Assembly (NCBI GenBank): GCA_963761305.1
Contig: CAVXGK010000002.1
Coordinates: 768,001 to 832,000, forward strand
Reading direction: 5' to 3'
Length of the DNA: 64,000 nt
From: an uncultured Gemmatimonadaceae bacterium
GTDB lineage: Bacteria > Gemmatimonadota > Gemmatimonadetes > Gemmatimonadales > Gemmatimonadaceae
Part shown: piece by piece, positions 20,567 to 30,248 of the stretch
Numbering within the stretch: position 1 is the first letter of the stretch
Layout of the letters: every line of letters begins with the position of its first letter
Program-made: the position numbers and the translations under genes
Notes under the pieces: model-generated
Database searches by the model: none
What the model was told of the DNA's origin: nothing
What the model saw: only the letters and a program-made list of their open reading frames with translations

Positions 20567-22666
20567 ATGACGACCACGCCTTCGACGACCCCGGTGACGA
20601 CACCGTCGCTCGACCAAGCGCGAGCGGTCCTTCGCGAACGGTTCGGCTATCCCGCGTTTCGGCCGGGCCAAGAGGCGGCCGTCGAATCGGTGCTCGCCGG
20701 GCACGACACGCTCGTCGTGCTGCCGACGGGCGGCGGCAAGTCGCTGTGCTATCAGGTGCCGGCGCTCATCCTGCCGAAGCTGACCGTCGTCATCTCGCCG
20801 CTCATCTCGCTGATGAAGGATCAGGTCGACGCGCTGGCGGCGCGCGGGCTGCCGGCGACGTTCGTCAACAGCACGCTCACCGGATCACAGATCTCTGATC
20901 GTCTGTCGCGGGCGATGCGCGGCGACGTCAAGCTCCTCTACGTCGCCCCCGAACGGTTCGATTTCGGCACGACGGCCGAGCGGCTGCGCGACGCGGGCGT
21001 TTCGCTGCTGGCGGTGGACGAAGCGCATTGCGTGAGCGAGTGGGGCCACGATTTCCGCCCGAGCTACCTGAGAATCTCGAGCGTGCGCGAACGCCTCGGG
21101 AATCCGCCGACCGTGGCGCTCACCGCGACGGCCACGCCGCACGTGCGCACGGACATCGTGACGCACCTCAAGCTCGAGTCGCCCAAGACGATCATCACGG
21201 GCTTCGACCGGAAGAACCTGGCGTATCACGTCGTGCCCACGAAGACCGATCGCGACAAAGACGACGCGTTGGTCCAGCTCCTTCGCGAGACCGACGGGCT
21301 GGCGGTCGTCTACGCCGCGACGCGAAAGGCCGTCGAACGGATCGCGCTGCTGCTCGAGCGCGCGCGCATCAAGGCGGCCGCGTATCACGCCGGCCTCGAC
21401 GACGAGCGACGCCACACGGTGCAGGACGCGTTCATGACCGAGAAGGTGCGCGCCATCGTGGCGACGAATGCGTTCGGCATGGGCATCGACAAGCCGAACG
21501 TGCGGCTCGTCGTGCACTATGCCATGCCCGGCACGCTCGAGGCCTACTACCAGGAAGCCGGCAGAGCAGGGCGCGACGGTTTGCCGGCGACGTGCTACCT
21601 GCTGCACGCGTTCCCCGATCGGTTCACGCACGAGTTTTTCATCAAGGGCGCGTATCCCGAGCGCGAGCTGGTCGACGAGGTCTACGAGCTGCTGCGTCGC
21701 AACGCCGACGAAAGCGGCGCCGTCGATGCAACGCCGGCCGACCTCGCGTCGCGGCTGCGAGCGAAGGCCGGGGAGCGCGACGTCGAGTCGGCGCTGCGAA
21801 TTCTCACGCAGGGCGGCGCGTTTCGCGTCGAGGCGGAATCGGGCGCGCGCGTGATGGTGCGCCTCCTGGCGACGCCGGAGCGAATCAAGCGCGAGCTCGA
21901 CCCCGGTGCGGCGTCGATGGAGCTCGGACTGTTGCGCGCGATGTGGCGGGTCGCCGGCTCGTCGATTCACGACGGTGCGCCGATCGATCTCGACGGGCTG
22001 CCGCCGGGATTCGGTGGTGGTCAGGGCGCAATGCCGGTACTCGACGCGCTGCAATCGCGACAGTTTCTCACCTGGAAACGCGTCGGTTCCGGCGCCACAC
22101 TCACTTCGCCGAAAAAGCCGCTCACGGCGTTTCGCATCGACTGGCCGACGATCGACCGGCGCCGCAAAGCCGACTTGCAAAAGCTCGACATGATGCAGAC
22201 GTACGCCTACACGAAGGCATGTCGCCGCGGACTCGTGCTGCGGTACTTCGGCGACCCGGCGGCGCGTTCGAAGTGCGCCGGCTGCGACAACTGCATGGGC
22301 ACCAAGGTCGTCGTCGAGGAAGGGACGGCGCCGAGCATCCGGGGGCGATCCGACCGGGGAGCGAAGCGACGCGGCGCCGACCGTCCGCGAGACGCCTCTC
22401 CCGCAGACGAAGCGCCCATTCTCTCCGGCGCCGACCAGGCGCTCCTCGCCCGGCTCCGCGACCTTCGGCGGACGATCTCCCGTGAAGAACAGGTGCCCGC
22501 CTATGTAGTTTTCCCGGACAGGACCCTGGCCGAGATTGCCGTGCGTCGTCCGGCCGACACCGGCGCGATGGGGAAGATTCGCGGCGTCGGTCCGGTGAAG
22601 CTCGAGCGCTACGGCGAACGATTTCTCGAGATCGTTCGCTCGTCTGACGATACAGAAGCCGCTTAA
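20567..22666 (+). CDS. recQ: RecQ-family DNA helicase with C-terminal HRDC domain
   Basis: [35 protein letters not shown], Zn-binding Cys cluster and VPAYVVF. Confidence 0.93.
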   Translation: MTTTPSTTPVTTPSLDQARAVLRERFGYPAFRPGQEAAVESVLAGHDTLVVLPTGGGKSLCYQVPALILPKLTVVISPLISLMKDQVDALAARGLPATFVNSTLTGSQISDRLSRAMRGDVKLLYVAPERFDFGTTAERLRDAGVSLLAVDEAHCVSEWGHDFRPSYLRISSVRERLGNPPTVALTATATPHVRTDIVTHLKLESPKTIITGFDRKNLAYHVVPTKTDRDKDDALVQLLRETDGLAVVYAATRKAVERIALLLERARIKAAAYHAGLDDERRHTVQDAFMTEKVRAIVATNAFGMGIDKPNVRLVVHYAMPGTLEAYYQEAGRAGRDGLPATCYLLHAFPDRFTHEFFIKGAYPERELVDEVYELLRRNADESGAVDATPADLASRLRAKAGERDVESALRILTQGGAFRVEAESGARVMVRLLATPERIKRELDPGAASMELGLLRAMWRVAGSSIHDGAPIDLDGLPPGFGGGQGAMPVLDALQSRQFLTWKRVGSGATLTSPKKPLTAFRIDWPTIDRRRKADLQKLDMMQTYAYTKACRRGLVLRYFGDPAARSKCAGCDNCMGTKVVVEEGTAPSIRGRSDRGAKRRGADRPRDASPADEAPILSGADQALLARLRDLRRTISREEQVPAYVVFPDRTLAEIAVRRPADTGAMGKIRGVGPVKLERYGERFLEIVRSSDDTEAA

Positions 22667-22677
22667 CGACGACTGCC

Positions 22678-23913
22678 ATGGATGATTCGCTGTATTTCTC
22701 CGAACAGCACCTCGCGACGCGCGAGATGGTGCGCCAGTTCGCCCGTGACGAGGTCGCGCCGATCGCCGCGAAGTACGACGCGAGCGCCAAGTTCCCGTGG
22801 GAAAGCATTCGCAAGATGGGTGAGCTCGGACTGCTCGGTGTACCGTGGCCCGAGGAACTTGGCGGCGCGGGGCTCGACCTGCTGAGCTTCATGATCGTGA
22901 TCCACGAGCTGGGGAAAGTCGACGCGTCGCACGCGCTCACGATCTCCGCGCACACGACGCTCGGCACCTCGCCGATCATCAAATTCGGTACAGCGGAGCA
23001 GAAGAGCCGCTACGTGCCGCTGCTGGCGTCGGGAAAGGTCATGGGCGGCTTTGGACTCACCGAGCCCGAGGCAGGGAGCGACGCGGGCGGCACGCGCACG
23101 ACGGCGGTGCGTCGCGGCAACTGCTATTTGCTGAACGGCACCAAGCGGTTCATCACGCACGGCAGCGTCGGCGAAATCTTCGTCGTCACCGCGGTGACCG
23201 ATCCCTCGGCCGGCACGCGCGGCATCAGCTCGTTCATCGTCACGAAACAGACGTCGGATCTCGATGAGACCGCGCAGGTCGGCGTCGGTCACGACCCGTC
23301 GCTCGTTCCGATGCCCGGATTCCGCGCCGGCAAGAAGGAAGACAAGCTCGGCTGGCGCGCGTCCGACACGGCCGAGCTCATCCTGGAAGACGTCGAGGTT
23401 CCGGTCGAGAACCGGCTCGGCGCGGAGAGCGAAGGCTTCATCAACTTCATGAAGACGCTCGACAACGGACGCATCGGCATCGCGGCGTTGTCGCTCGGCA
23501 TCGCCGAGGGCGCGCTCGAGCAGTCGATTCAATACACGAGCGTTCGCAAGCAATTCGGGCAGCCGATCGTGAACTTCCAGGGCGTGCACTTCCAGCTCTC
23601 CGACATGGCGACGGAGATCGAAGCCGGAAAGCACCTGATGTATCACGCCGCGTGGCTGGCTCAGCACGGCAAGCCGTTCGGCAAAGAGGCGGCGATGGCC
23701 AAGCTTTTTTGCTCCGAGCTGGCCATGCGCGCGACGATCGCCGCCGTGCAGCTGCACGGCGGCTACGGCTACACGAAGGACTATCCGATCGAGCGCTTCA
23801 TGCGCGACGCGAAGATCTGCGAGATCGGCGAGGGAACGTCGGAGATTCAGCGGATCGTCATCGCGCGCCAGCTGCTGCGCGAGACGCTCGGCGAGGCGGC
23901 CGGGACATTCTAG
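22678..23913 (+). CDS. Acyl-CoA dehydrogenase (short/branched-chain-like)
   Basis: [29 protein letters not shown] and [11 protein letters not shown] motifs. Confidence 0.95.
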   Translation: MDDSLYFSEQHLATREMVRQFARDEVAPIAAKYDASAKFPWESIRKMGELGLLGVPWPEELGGAGLDLLSFMIVIHELGKVDASHALTISAHTTLGTSPIIKFGTAEQKSRYVPLLASGKVMGGFGLTEPEAGSDAGGTRTTAVRRGNCYLLNGTKRFITHGSVGEIFVVTAVTDPSAGTRGISSFIVTKQTSDLDETAQVGVGHDPSLVPMPGFRAGKKEDKLGWRASDTAELILEDVEVPVENRLGAESEGFINFMKTLDNGRIGIAALSLGIAEGALEQSIQYTSVRKQFGQPIVNFQGVHFQLSDMATEIEAGKHLMYHAAWLAQHGKPFGKEAAMAKLFCSELAMRATIAAVQLHGGYGYTKDYPIERFMRDAKICEIGEGTSEIQRIVIARQLLRETLGEAAGTF

Positions 23914-23978
23914 TGGTGCCCGGGCTTTCAAGAGGCTCCGCCGGCCTCGCTTCGAATCGCGCGGCTCGTTCTAACTCA

Positions 23979-24008
23979 TTGCGAAAACATCAGTTCGCCG
24001 CTTAGATT
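23979..24008 (+). promoter_or_regulatory. Candidate sigma70 promoter TTGCGA-N18-TAGATT for rne/rng
   Basis: Box match within an AT-rich patch. Confidence 0.45.
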
Positions 24009-24401
24009 TCTCAGCGGTGATCTCTGTCGCGCTTCCTCCTGCGCCCGTCCTGTTCCGCGACTCGAAGCGGCACGTGCGCGTCCCGCGCCAGTCGGCGGCC
24101 AATGCGGTCTTGGCCCGTCTGCTGGCGTTCGTCCTGTTTCCGGTGCGCCGCCTGATTCGTTGGGCCGATCGCACATCGCTCCGTACCCTGCTGAGTACCC
24201 CGGCGGCGACGCCGCCGGACGTGACGAGCCCTCGCGCGTCTCAGCCGGATCCGATGTGGACGATCACCCGGAGAGCTTGGACCATCCATCCACGAGACGT
24301 CGCGCCCGCCCCATCGGCGGAGCGGCACTCACCCCACATTTTGCAACGCCATCGCGCCCGTTCCGCCGAGTCGCCGGGACCTGGAGCCGCGATGGGTACT
24401 G

Positions 24402-25964
24402 ATGAAACGAGAGATTTTGATCAACGCCAATCCGCGCGAAACGCGGGTGGCCATCATCGAGGACGACCAGCTCGTTGAACTTCTGGTCGATCGCCCGGAT
24501 GCGCGCCGCATGGTCGGCGACATCTACGTCGGGCGAGTCGAAGCGGTCCTACCAGGCATCCAAGCCGCCTTCGTCGACATAGGAACCGAAAAAAGCGCGT
24601 TCCTCCACGCGTCGGACTTGGTGTACCCCGAGGACGCCGACGAGGAGGACGACGACACCGATGACGAGTCGGACGACGCCGAGGCGGACACGCCGCGCGG
24701 CCGACGACGACGCGCGCAGGCGCCCGCGATTCAGGATGTGCTCAAGCGCGGCCAGAACCTGATCGTCCAGGTCTCCAAGGAGCCCATCTCGACCAAGGGA
24801 CCGCGCGTCACGGCGCAGGTGTCACTCGCTGGACGTTTCCTGGTGTTCATGCCGAGCGCGGATCGCGTTGGCGTGAGCCGCAAGATCGGCGATCGCGAGA
24901 CGCGAAAGCGCTTGCGCGCGCAGGTCGAAGAGGTGCTCCCGAAAAACGCCGGCGGCGTGATCGTGCGTACGGTCGGCGAAGACGTGACGCAGGAAACGCT
25001 CGAGCGCGAGCTCACGACGCTCATCGGCACCTGGAAGAAGATCAAGCGGAAGACGACGTTCGTGCGCGCGCCGGCCCTCGTGCACCGCGAGACGAGCCTC
25101 ACGCGCGGCCTCATGCGCGACGTCTTCAGCACGAAAGTCGAGCAGGTGACCGTGGACTCGAAGCAGGTCCACAACGAGATCCTCGAGTACTTGAAGGGCA
25201 TCGCCCCCGAGCTCGTGGATCGCGTGAAGCTGTACGAGGATTCCACGCCGCTCTTCGACAAGGCCAGCATCGAGCAGGAGCTGCGCGATCTATTCAAGCG
25301 CCGCTGCGACCTTCCATCCGGCGGCTACCTGATCATCGAGCCGACCGAGGCCCTGGTGTCGGTCGACGTGAACTCGGGCCGCTACACCGGCAAGAAGGAC
25401 CCCGAGAAAACGATCCTCAAGACGAACCTTGAGGCGGCGCGCGAAGTCGCGCGCCAGATGCGGTTGCGCGACCTGGGCGGCATCATCGTCTGCGACTTCA
25501 TCGACATGGAGACGAAGTCGAGCCGCGACAAGGTGCTCCAGGAGCTGCGCACGCACCTCGGCCGCGACCGCGCACGCACGAAGGCGTTCGCGGTGAGCGA
25601 CCTCGGGCTCATCGAGATGACCCGCCAGCGCGTGCGGCAGAGCCATCTGCAGAACATGACCGACCCGTGCCCGACATGTCATGGCACTGGCCGCGTGTTC
25701 ACCGCCGAGACCATCGCACGCCGCGTCGAACGGTCGATCAAGCGCATCGGTCTCGAGGGACGCAAGGACCACCTCGTCGTGCGCCTGCATCCGGACGTGG
25801 CGATGTACGTGCTGGAGAACGAGAAGGACCTGCTGAAGCGGCTCGAGAAGGCCGTCGGGTTCGGGCTGGAATTCCGCGACGACCCGCTGCTTCGGCCCGA
25901 CGAGTTCAAGCTGGTCGTGAAGTCCGCCGGCAGGGACGTCACCCAGCAGTACGCGGTCGCCTAA
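24402..25964 (+). CDS. Ribonuclease E/G family (catalytic domain only, RNase G length)
   Basis: S1 domain with an acidic insertion; KGPRVT, DVNSG, GGIIVCDFIDM, EMTRQR and CPTC Zn-link. Confidence 0.95.
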   Translation: MKREILINANPRETRVAIIEDDQLVELLVDRPDARRMVGDIYVGRVEAVLPGIQAAFVDIGTEKSAFLHASDLVYPEDADEEDDDTDDESDDAEADTPRGRRRRAQAPAIQDVLKRGQNLIVQVSKEPISTKGPRVTAQVSLAGRFLVFMPSADRVGVSRKIGDRETRKRLRAQVEEVLPKNAGGVIVRTVGEDVTQETLERELTTLIGTWKKIKRKTTFVRAPALVHRETSLTRGLMRDVFSTKVEQVTVDSKQVHNEILEYLKGIAPELVDRVKLYEDSTPLFDKASIEQELRDLFKRRCDLPSGGYLIIEPTEALVSVDVNSGRYTGKKDPEKTILKTNLEAAREVARQMRLRDLGGIIVCDFIDMETKSSRDKVLQELRTHLGRDRARTKAFAVSDLGLIEMTRQRVRQSHLQNMTDPCPTCHGTGRVFTAETIARRVERSIKRIGLEGRKDHLVVRLHPDVAMYVLENEKDLLKRLEKAVGFGLEFRDDPLLRPDEFKLVVKSAGRDVTQQYAVA

Positions 25965-25978
25965 GCCGCGCGCGTGGA

Positions 25979-26152
25979 CTGATAGGGATCGCTGCGGTAA
26001 CTACCTCTCCAGCATCAGCAACAGCAACAGCATCCTGCATCCAGCATCCAGCATCAGCAACAGCGTCAGCGTTCAGAGGATGTCGCAGTTATTTCTGGCT
26101 GCTGATGCTGTTGCTGCCGCCAAGAGTCCAGCCCAGCAGCGATCACCATCAG
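25979..26152. repeat. Intergenic palindromic element with CAGCAT/CAGCAA tandem units
   Basis: Outer arms 25979-25995 and 26136-26152 are 15/17 complementary; internal (CAGCAW)n with an inverted GCTGATGCTGTTGCTG. Confidence 0.75.
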
Positions 26153-26177
26153 GCTACGCCAGTGTCCGGCCCCGTTG

Positions 26178-26206
26178 TTGACACAAATGGCCGTGTTACC
26201 TAGCTT
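26178..26206 (+). promoter_or_regulatory. Sigma70 promoter TTGACA-N17-TAGCTT for rplU-rpmA
   Basis: Perfect -35 box and 17-nt spacer. Confidence 0.7.
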
Positions 26207-26233
26207 TATAGGCTCACCAAGTTCATAGATCAT

Positions 26234-26551
26234 ATGCCTTACGCCATCATCCGCACCGGCGGCAAGCAGTTCCGCGTCGAGCCGGGCCGCACGTACAAGA
26301 TCCCCTCCCTCGAAGGCGAAGAGGGCGGTGCGATCGAGTTCAACGACGTCCTCCTCGGCAACGACGGAAAGGCCGTCAAGACCGGTGTGCCGTCGCTCAA
26401 GGGCGCGAGCGTCACCGGCGAGATCGTGCGCCACGGACGCGGCGAGAAGATCATCGTCTTCAAGCAGAAGCGCCGAAAGAACTACGCGCGCAAGCGCGGG
26501 CATCGGCAGGGCTTCACCGAAATTCGTATCAACGCCATCTCGCTCGGCTAA
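26234..26551 (+). CDS. rplU: 50S ribosomal protein L21
   Basis: [13 protein letters not shown] and GHRQGFT motifs. Confidence 0.98.
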   Translation: MPYAIIRTGGKQFRVEPGRTYKIPSLEGEEGGAIEFNDVLLGNDGKAVKTGVPSLKGASVTGEIVRHGRGEKIIVFKQKRRKNYARKRGHRQGFTEIRINAISLG

Positions 26552-26562
26552 GGGATCTCGCA

Positions 26563-26838
26563 ATGGCACACAAGAAGGGCGTCGGCTCCACGAGAAACGG
26601 CCGGGATTCGAATCCGAAGTTCCGCGGCATCAAGAAGTACGGCGGCGAGCGCGTCGTGGCGGGGAACATCATCGTGCGGCAGTGCGGCACGAAGTGGCAT
26701 CCCGGCACCAACGTCGGCCTCGGCACGGACTTCACCATCTACGCCCTCATCGACGGCGTCGTGAAGTTCGAGCACAAGAGCAAAGCGCGGTACAAGGTTA
26801 GCGTGTATCCCGCTTCGGGCGAGGCGTCGGTCGCATAG
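26563..26838 (+). CDS. rpmA: 50S ribosomal protein L27
   Basis: [17 protein letters not shown]-terminus. Confidence 0.98.
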   Translation: MAHKKGVGSTRNGRDSNPKFRGIKKYGGERVVAGNIIVRQCGTKWHPGTNVGLGTDFTIYALIDGVVKFEHKSKARYKVSVYPASGEASVA

Positions 26839-26842
26839 CTCG

Positions 26843-26874
26843 GGTGGACGTGTGGACCGGTGGACGGGTTCACC
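26843..26874. repeat. GGTGGACC-type octamer array (4 degenerate units)
   Basis: GGTGGACG TGTGGACC GGTGGACG GGTTCACC. Confidence 0.65.
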
Positions 26875-26888
26875 GCTAGGAGGCTCGG

Positions 26889-27212
26889 ATGGCGTTCATC
26901 GACAAGCTGCGCCAGGAATTGGATCGCGCGGGACGCTCGGCACAACGCGCGATCGATGAAGGGCGGCTGCGCCTCGACCTCTACCGCGCGCGCCAATCCG
27001 TCGACCGCTTCGCCCAGCGGCTCGGCTACGCCGTCTTCCACGCGCGCAAAGCGGGCGGCGACCTCTCGGCCGACGACTACACCGCGCACATGAACAACCT
27101 CACGGCCGCCGAGTCGGAGGTGACGCGACTCGAGACGCTCGTCGCCGAGGCAGCCAAGAGCCGCAGGGACACCTTCAAGCCCATCGAGCCGCCGGCGCCG
27201 TCTGGGCCGTAA
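26889..27212 (+). CDS. Hypothetical helical/coiled-coil protein
   Basis: Strong AGGAGG Shine-Dalgarno; genome-typical codons. Confidence 0.75.
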   Translation: MAFIDKLRQELDRAGRSAQRAIDEGRLRLDLYRARQSVDRFAQRLGYAVFHARKAGGDLSADDYTAHMNNLTAAESEVTRLETLVAEAAKSRRDTFKPIEPPAPSGP

Positions 27213-27259
27213 AGGGCGAGGACCCTGGCCGGATAGCGATCCATTTCAAGGGCGGACTC

Positions 27260-27316
27260 CAGCAATCAGCGACCGCATCAGCATCAGGCACTGAAGGCTG
27301 AAGCTGTTGCTGCCTC
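27260..27316. repeat. CAGCAW-type hairpin between convergent genes; possible terminator
   Basis: CAGCAAT..CAGCATCAG...CTGAAGCTGTTGCTG; resembles the 26.0 kb element. Confidence 0.55.
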
Positions 27317-27363
27317 CTAGAGCGAGCGCGCAGCAGCGAGCCGAATCAGGCCAAGGCTCCGAA

Positions 27364-28045
27364 TCAAGCCAACGCGCCGTCCAGGATCCGGACGTCGTCC
27401 GTGCAAACCCCGTCCACGCCGAGGGCCGCGAGCCGCCGCGCTTCGTCGGCGTCGTTCACCGTCCACGCGATCACCCGGCAGCCGAGCGCGCGCGCCCTCG
27501 CCATGAGGCCGGCGTTGATCAGCGAGTGGAGCGGCCACGACGTCGCGCGCCCCGGCGCGACGCACCGCGTCTTCGAGCTGGTCGAGCCCTGATTCGAACA
27601 AGAGTCCGCGCGGCACGTCGGGCGCGATCGACTTGAATCGTTCGATCGTTGCGTGGTCGAACGAGTGTACCGCACAGCGCGTGGTCGTGGCGCCGATTAC
27701 CTCGGCCACCAGCTCCTCGATCCCCAGGCCCTTGATCTCGACGTAGACCGTCGCGGTCGCCGGAGCGACGGCGAGAACTTCCGTGAGCGTCGGGACGGAA
27801 ACGCCTGTCTCCGCGCGGCTTGCCTCGACCTCCGCCCACGTCATCCCGGCGATGCGTCGTTTCGCGACGCTGACGGGAAGGCCGAGGTCGGGGTCATGAT
27901 GAACGACCACAACCCTGTCGCTGGTGGCGTGCACATCCAATTCGATCGCATCGGCTCGACGCGCGAATGCCTGCGCAAAGGCGGCGACTGTGTTTTCCGG
28001 GAGCTCGGTTCGGGCGCCGCGGTGGGCGATTCGTTCGATGGCCAT
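27364..28045 (-). pseudogene. Glycerophosphodiester phosphodiesterase with a one-base frameshift (real or assembly error)
   Basis: IAHRGA, ENT and IELDV are in the 28045 frame; the C-terminal AWTVND and GVDGVCTD are in another frame. There is an extra base near 27538. Confidence 0.8.
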
Positions 28046-28192
28046 TGTTCGTCAAGATGAGAACGCCGAATCCACGGGGTTGGCTCGTGCCGCCATCGGC
28101 TCGATTCGTCCCCCGGCGGAGACACTCGAGACTGCCTCCGACGATCTGGACCTTAACGGCGCAAGTCCTGTGACGTCTACCGTTTGGACAGA

Positions 28193-28771
28193 ATGAGCCA
28201 CGCGGCACGCGAAGGCAGCTCGGAGTCCAGGAGAGACGCCGATGATGGGCAGGATTTGGAGCTCATCGCTCGATGGCAGGCTGGAGACGAACGCGCGGCA
28301 AGCGCGCTGGTCGCTCGGCATGCCTCGGCGCTCGCTCGTTTCGCGGCCGCGTCGGGAGAACGAAACGAAGTCGACGAGTTGGTACAGGACACGTTCGTCC
28401 GAGCGTTCAACTCGCTGGATGGGTTTCGCGGCGAGAGCTCGTTTCGAACGTGGCTGTTCACGATCGAGCGACGGTTGCTCGTCGACCGGCGCAGAGCAGA
28501 GAAGCGGCGGCGCGATCGCGTCGAGATCCAGGAAGACGATGCATCGACCGAGTACGATTCGCTCGACTCGGTCGTCGCCGATGAAACGGAGCGTCGGATG
28601 AGACAGGTGGTCGCCCGGTTGTCGCCGACGCAGAAGGAGGTCTTTACGCTTCGGGTAGCGGAAGGACTGTCGTACAAGGAGATTGCCGCGGCGGTGGGAA
28701 CCACGGAAGGCGCCGCGCGGGTGCATTATCACAACGCGATGCGCGCTGTGAAGGAGTTTCTCAATGAGTGA
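28193..28771 (+). CDS. ECF RNA polymerase sigma factor
   Basis: ELVQDTFVRAF, SFRTWLFTI and LSYKEIA motifs. Confidence 0.95.
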   Translation: MSHAAREGSSESRRDADDGQDLELIARWQAGDERAASALVARHASALARFAAASGERNEVDELVQDTFVRAFNSLDGFRGESSFRTWLFTIERRLLVDRRRAEKRRRDRVEIQEDDASTEYDSLDSVVADETERRMRQVVARLSPTQKEVFTLRVAEGLSYKEIAAAVGTTEGAARVHYHNAMRAVKEFLNE

Positions 28772-29486
28772 TTGTCAAAACGCCGAGATCCGGGATCTGT
28801 TGCCGGAGTTGCTGCACGACCGCCTGGACGCGCCGACGCGCGCGCAGGTGCTCGCGCACGTGAACGGCTGCGCCGACTGTCGCTCGGAGTTGGAGCTCCT
28901 GCGCTCGATGCGTGGGTCGTTGCATCGCGGAACGCCGCGCGTGGACGTGAATCGCATCGTCGCGGCGCTGCCCAAGCCGGGGTCGGCTCGTCCGGCGCAG
29001 CGACGTCGTGCGTGGCGCGTGTTGAACGACTGGCGCATCGCCGCCGCGGTGACGTTCCTCGTCGCCGGCGGCACGTCGATGGTCGTGATTCACAACGCGC
29101 GCGATGGCCGACGCGATTCGACCGACGCGGCGGCGGCTCGCCCCGCGGCGACGGTCGCGACCCAGACGACGACGCGCGTCGATTCGCCGTCGAACGTTCG
29201 CCCGACCGCAGCCGAGACCGCGTCGCATCCCGCCGCGGTGGCTGCAACACCGAACCGCTCGCTGCCCGTGACGACACGGCCTGTGTCTCGCGGCGCGACG
29301 GAAGCGGTTGCGTCGACGAACGATCAGGGCGCGAGCCTTGGCAACAGCCGGATCGACGATCTGAACTCGCGCCAACTCAAGTCGCTGCTGAACGACATCG
29401 ACCACATGGACGCGACGCCGATCACCGACCCGGAACCGGTCACGCTCCGCGTCGGCGCTCGCACGGCGTCGCCGACGGGGCTGTGA
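28764..29486 (+). CDS. Zinc-finger (zf-HC2) transmembrane anti-sigma factor
   Basis: HVNGCADC motif and one TM helix; overlaps the sigma stop codon. Confidence 0.9.
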   Translation: MSDCQNAEIRDLLPELLHDRLDAPTRAQVLAHVNGCADCRSELELLRSMRGSLHRGTPRVDVNRIVAALPKPGSARPAQRRRAWRVLNDWRIAAAVTFLVAGGTSMVVIHNARDGRRDSTDAAAARPAATVATQTTTRVDSPSNVRPTAAETASHPAAVAATPNRSLPVTTRPVSRGATEAVASTNDQGASLGNSRIDDLNSRQLKSLLNDIDHMDATPITDPEPVTLRVGARTASPTGL

Positions 29487-29493
29487 GCGTTTC

Positions 29494-30096
29494 GTGAACG
29501 CGATCCACCGTCTGCTGGCGATCGCCGCACTGTGCGCGGCGCTTCCCGGCGCGGGCTTGGCGCAGGGCGGACGAGCCGTTCCCCCTCGGCGGCCCGCACG
29601 CCAAGCGCTCAAGGAGGAGCGGCAGGCGGAGCGCGCCGACTCCGGCGCGCCGGCTGGCGATCGCGCCGCGTTGCAACGGCAGGTGCGTCAAGCGTTCGCT
29701 CGCCGAGTGCGAAAGGTGCTGAACCTCAACGACGAGCAGATGCAGTCGCTGCAGCGCGTGAATCAGAAGTACGATCGCCAGCGCGGCGACATCTTCCGCG
29801 ACGAGCGCTCGGCGCGCGTCGGCCTCAAGGCGGCAATGGAGGATTCGACCGCCCCCGATCAGAACGCTCGCATCGAGCAGCAGATGAACGTGCTCGTGCA
29901 AGCGCAGCGGCGGCGCGCGGATCTGTTCGAGAACGAGCAGAAGGAGCTTGCGGGAGTTCTCACGCCGCTGCAGCGAGCGCGGTTCACGGTAATGCAGGAA
30001 CAACTGGCGAATCGTCTGCAGCAGATCCAGCAGTCCGCCGCCGCGCCTCCCGGGCCGCCGCCGCCTGACACTCCGCTGGCGCGCGATCCCGATTGA
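29494..30096 (+). CDS. Periplasmic Spy/CpxP-like helical protein
   Basis: Signal peptide; LNLNDEQ and LTPLQ motifs. Confidence 0.78.
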   Translation: MNAIHRLLAIAALCAALPGAGLAQGGRAVPPRRPARQALKEERQAERADSGAPAGDRAALQRQVRQAFARRVRKVLNLNDEQMQSLQRVNQKYDRQRGDIFRDERSARVGLKAAMEDSTAPDQNARIEQQMNVLVQAQRRRADLFENEQKELAGVLTPLQRARFTVMQEQLANRLQQIQQSAAAPPGPPPPDTPLARDPD

Positions 30097-30121
30097 GGGG
30101 GGTTGGGGCGGTGACTACATT
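30093..30121 (+). promoter_or_regulatory. Promoter TTGAGG-N17-TACATT for the tRNA
   Basis: Boxes end 9 nt before the tRNA 5' end. Confidence 0.55.
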
Positions 30122-30130
30122 CGAGTCCCG

Positions 30131-30214
30131 GCCCGGGTGGTGGAATTGGTAGACGCAGGGGACTCAAAATCCCCCGAGCTTCGGCTCTTGCGGGTTCGAG
30201 TCCCGCCTCGGGCA
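30131..30214 (+). tRNA. tRNA-Leu (anticodon CAA); CCA end not encoded
   Basis: Acceptor GCCCGGG/CTCGGGC+A, D-loop GGAATTGGTAGAC, anticodon arm GGGGA-CTCAAAA-TCCCC, long variable arm, GGTTCGAGTCC. Confidence 0.96.
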
Positions 30215-30248
30215 TCGTAGCGCCGGCGCATTAACCGTCGACGTTTGC

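Noticed and set aside
24017..24478. 153-aa ORF upstream of rne/rng
   Set aside because: No motif, Arg/Pro-rich composition, and it overlaps rne out of frame. It is better explained as leader RNA.
30120..30130. TTCGAGTCCCG just upstream of the tRNA duplicates its T-arm (30195-30205), suggesting an att site
   Set aside because: Only 11 nt, on the 5' side, and it overlaps the promoter -10 region. There is no integrase and I found no downstream copy of the tRNA 3' end.
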